Assembly (NCBI GenBank): GCA_046291385.1
Contig: JBKBSS010000001.1
Coordinates: 1-40,785 of the forward strand
Source of the DNA: Emticicia sp.
GTDB taxonomy: Bacteria; Bacteroidota; Bacteroidia; Cytophagales; Spirosomataceae
DNA: 40,785 nt
Direction: 5' to 3'
Below the pieces are notes generated by a model. It was not told where the DNA came from. It did no database searches and was given only the letters and a program-made list of their open reading frames with translations. A program made the translations under genes and the position numbers. The stretch's first letter is position 1, and every line of letters starts with the position of its first letter. Below are positions 38,127 through 40,785 of this stretch, piece after piece.

Positions 38127-39770
38127 ATGAAAATTTATTTGCAATCTTTGCTAACCTTTTTTTTATCAAAAACTTCCATTCTTAACTCAACTCTGGTGCT
38201 TGGAGCATTACTTTTTGGCTTTAATTTTCCGATTTTCTCGCAAGGACAAGTAAAAGTCGATGCCGAAAATCAACACATTACAGTTTTTTTGAATCGAGCT
38301 CAAATTGATGCACGTGTAAAAACAACCGTTCAAGCAGGAACAACTAAAATGATTATTGGCAATGTTGCCACCACCGCCGACCCAAACAGTATTCAGATTG
38401 GCGGCAAAGGTGATGTTGTGATTATGGGCGTAAAATTTAAACAAAATTATTTAGGCAATAAAAAACGGAGTGTGCTGGAAGATTCGCTAAAAATGGCTAA
38501 AAGCGAGTTTGAAGTGGTTGATGTTTTGGTGAAAGTAGCTGATAATGAACGAAATATGCTCATGGCAAACGCCAACGTAAAAAACGAAAAAGATGGAGCA
38601 ACGCCCGAAGATTTGAAAGAAATGATGGATTTTTTCAGAACTAAACTCACGGAAATCGGTACTCGCCAAATGCAATTAGTTCGTCAGTCGAAAGATTTAC
38701 AAGATAAAATTAATCGTTTTCAGCAACAACTCAGTTCGCAAGGCACAAACGTAAATCAACCAGCGGGTGAAATTGAATTGACTTTGCAAGCAAAAGCATA
38801 TTCGAGTGTTGAGTTAAATCTGACTTATATCGCCAATAATGCGGGCTGGTCGCCAGTGTATGATATTCGTGCAAAAGATGTAAAAAGTAATATTGATTTG
38901 GCTTATCGTGCAAATGTTTACCAAAGCACAGGCATCGACTGGAAAAACGTAAAACTTACGCTTTCAACGGCAAATCCAGCAGAAGGCGGCACAAAACCCG
39001 AATTATATGCTCAGTATGTAAATATTTATGAGCCAATTGTGATGCAAACAAAAAATGCTCGCATGATGAAGTCTGAAAATGCACCACAAGCGATGGCGAT
39101 GGATGCAGCACCACTAAATGAAGTTGCAACTACGGCATCATTCGTAAATACAGTTCAAACAACTTTGGCAGTAAACTTCGATATTTCGATTCCTTATAAT
39201 ATTCCATCGGGTGGCAATTCAGAAATGGTTGATATTCAAAATCATTCATTGCGTTCAACTTTCAAATATTATGTTGTTCCGAAATTTGATAAAGATGCTT
39301 TCTTGACGGCAGTTATTACAGATTGGGAAAAATACAATTTGTTGCCAGGAACGGCTAATATATATTTTGAGGGAACTTTTGTAGGCACAACCGATATTGC
39401 AGGTGGCGAAGCCAAAGATTCATTATTAATTTCGATGGGAAGAGATAAAAAGATTATTTCAAAGCGTGAGACAATTGAAGAGTTTAAGTCAAGAAAAAAT
39501 GTTGGTTCAAATATCCGTGAGACATTTGGTTACAGAATCACGCTCCGAAATACGAAAAATGAACCAATTTCAATCGTGATGGAAGACCAAGTGCCAATTT
39601 CACAAGATAGCCGAATTGAAGTTGAATTGGAAGATGCCATTGGAGCTGATTTTAATCGCGAAACTGGGAAACTTACTTGGAAACTGACCCTTCAACCGCT
39701 CGAAAACAAAGAGATTTTATTGAAATACAACGTAAAATATCCAAAAGGAAAAAATATTCAAGGACTTTAA
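38127..39770 (+). CDS. DUF4140/DUF4139 (MuiA-like) exported protein
   Basis: ITVFLNRAQI, coiled coil, AGWSPVYDIR, QSTGIDW.NV.LTLSTANP and DQVPIS motifs. Confidence 0.85.
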   Translation: MKIYLQSLLTFFLSKTSILNSTLVLGALLFGFNFPIFSQGQVKVDAENQHITVFLNRAQIDARVKTTVQAGTTKMIIGNVATTADPNSIQIGGKGDVVIMGVKFKQNYLGNKKRSVLEDSLKMAKSEFEVVDVLVKVADNERNMLMANANVKNEKDGATPEDLKEMMDFFRTKLTEIGTRQMQLVRQSKDLQDKINRFQQQLSSQGTNVNQPAGEIELTLQAKAYSSVELNLTYIANNAGWSPVYDIRAKDVKSNIDLAYRANVYQSTGIDWKNVKLTLSTANPAEGGTKPELYAQYVNIYEPIVMQTKNARMMKSENAPQAMAMDAAPLNEVATTASFVNTVQTTLAVNFDISIPYNIPSGGNSEMVDIQNHSLRSTFKYYVVPKFDKDAFLTAVITDWEKYNLLPGTANIYFEGTFVGTTDIAGGEAKDSLLISMGRDKKIISKRETIEEFKSRKNVGSNIRETFGYRITLRNTKNEPISIVMEDQVPISQDSRIEVELEDAIGADFNRETGKLTWKLTLQPLENKEILLKYNVKYPKGKNIQGL

Positions 39771-39782
39771 AAATTTTGACAA

Positions 39783-39838
39783 GAGATATTAGACAAGGGA
39801 TAAAAGAAAGTTTTCTCTTGTCCCTTGTCTAATATCTC
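39783..39838. repeat. 18-bp perfect inverted repeat
   Basis: gagatattagacaaggga / tcccttgtctaatatctc. Confidence 0.75.
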
Positions 39839-39849
39839 GCTTCACAAAT

Positions 39850-40641
39850 ATGAATTTACAAGAAATTTGTCGTCAAACCGTAGAGGTAGCTCAAGAAGCA
39901 GGAGCATTTATTGCCCAAGAATCAGCCAAATTTAACCGCAATTCGGTAGAATATAAAGATGTAAATAATGTAGTTTCTTATGTTGATAAAGAAACCGAAA
40001 AAATAATCGTTAACCGTCTGCGAGAAATTTTGCCGCTCGCAGGATTTATAACAGAAGAGGGAACAGCCGACTCATCAGACCTCGAAGGTTTAAATTGGAT
40101 TATCGACCCGCTCGATGGAACAGCCAATTTTATTCATGGTTTGCCCAATTATTCGGTAAGTTTGGCTCTCGCTCGTGGAAAAGATGTTTTAGTAGGAGTA
40201 GTGTATAATGTTTGCACAAAAGAAATATTTTCGGCAACCAAAGGCGGTGGAGCTTTTAGGAATGAAGAAAAAATTCAAGTTTCGCCAATCAAACATTTGG
40301 GCGAAAGTTTGCTGGCGACTGGTTTTCCTTATTATAAATTTGAAAATCAAGACAAATATCTGCTCATTTTGGAGTCTTTGATGCAAAAAACGCACGGTTT
40401 ACGCCGCATGGGTTCGGCAGCTATTGATTTGGCATATACCGCTTGCGGATATTTTGATGGTTTCTACGAGTACAATCTTAATTCGTGGGATATGGCGGCA
40501 GGGATTCTCCTCGTAACCGAAGCTGGTGGTTTTGCTACCGATTTTTCGGGTGGAGACAATCATCTTTTTGGCGGTGATGTGGTTGTAGGTTCAGCCGTTC
40601 ATGCCGAACTATTGGCCGAAATTCAACGTTATTGGAAGTAG
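39850..40641 (+). CDS. suhB: Inositol monophosphatase family
   Basis: EE, WIIDPLDGT.NF, RR.GSAA.DL and WDMAAG motifs. Confidence 0.9.
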   Translation: MNLQEICRQTVEVAQEAGAFIAQESAKFNRNSVEYKDVNNVVSYVDKETEKIIVNRLREILPLAGFITEEGTADSSDLEGLNWIIDPLDGTANFIHGLPNYSVSLALARGKDVLVGVVYNVCTKEIFSATKGGGAFRNEEKIQVSPIKHLGESLLATGFPYYKFENQDKYLLILESLMQKTHGLRRMGSAAIDLAYTACGYFDGFYEYNLNSWDMAAGILLVTEAGGFATDFSGGDNHLFGGDVVVGSAVHAELLAEIQRYWK

Positions 40642-40701
40642 TAATTAATTAATAATTGAGAATGAAAAATTAATAATTTTGCATAAAAATCATTCAAATT
40701 T

Positions 40702-40785
40702 ATGGATTTAGAGAAGTCGAGCAACGAATCGCTAAAATACCCAATCGGTGATTTTGTATATGGTAAAAAATATACAAAATCAGAT
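40702..40785 (+). CDS. Partial CDS, probably YfiT/DinB-like metal-dependent transferase
   Basis: MDLEKSSNESLKYPIGDF...; LKYPIG is typical of YfiT N-termini; TAATTTTG promoter at 40674-40681; truncated by the window edge. Confidence 0.55.
   Translation, partial: MDLEKSSNESLKYPIGDFVYGKKYTKSD

Overview
AT-rich chromosomal window from a Bacteroidota member. Gene content, TAnnTTTG promoters and T9SS-related genes point to Cytophagales, possibly Emticicia-like (inference). Most of it is housekeeping or envelope genes: yigZ, mnmA, a PspC cluster, M16 protease, ABC-F, aguB-like amidase, DEAD-box helicase, aroA, pyrB, nuoC, prfC, a TonB-like barrel and suhB. A small accessory island (~1.3-4.5 kb) carries an AAA-ATPase/RloB (AbiL-like) defence pair, a subclass B1 metallo-beta-lactamase and a deleted YdeI-family pseudogene, with an attC-like hairpin between rloB and the beta-lactamase. 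The intergenic spaces hold many REP-like palindromes. The most unusual signal is that at least eight palindrome copies, from about five unrelated families, are interrupted by 12-17 nt GC-rich micro-inserts with a CCGACG/CGTCGG-like core, and uninterrupted counterparts occur in the same window. No rRNA, tRNA, CRISPR array, transposase or integrase was seen. All family assignments come from motif recognition by eye, not from database searches.
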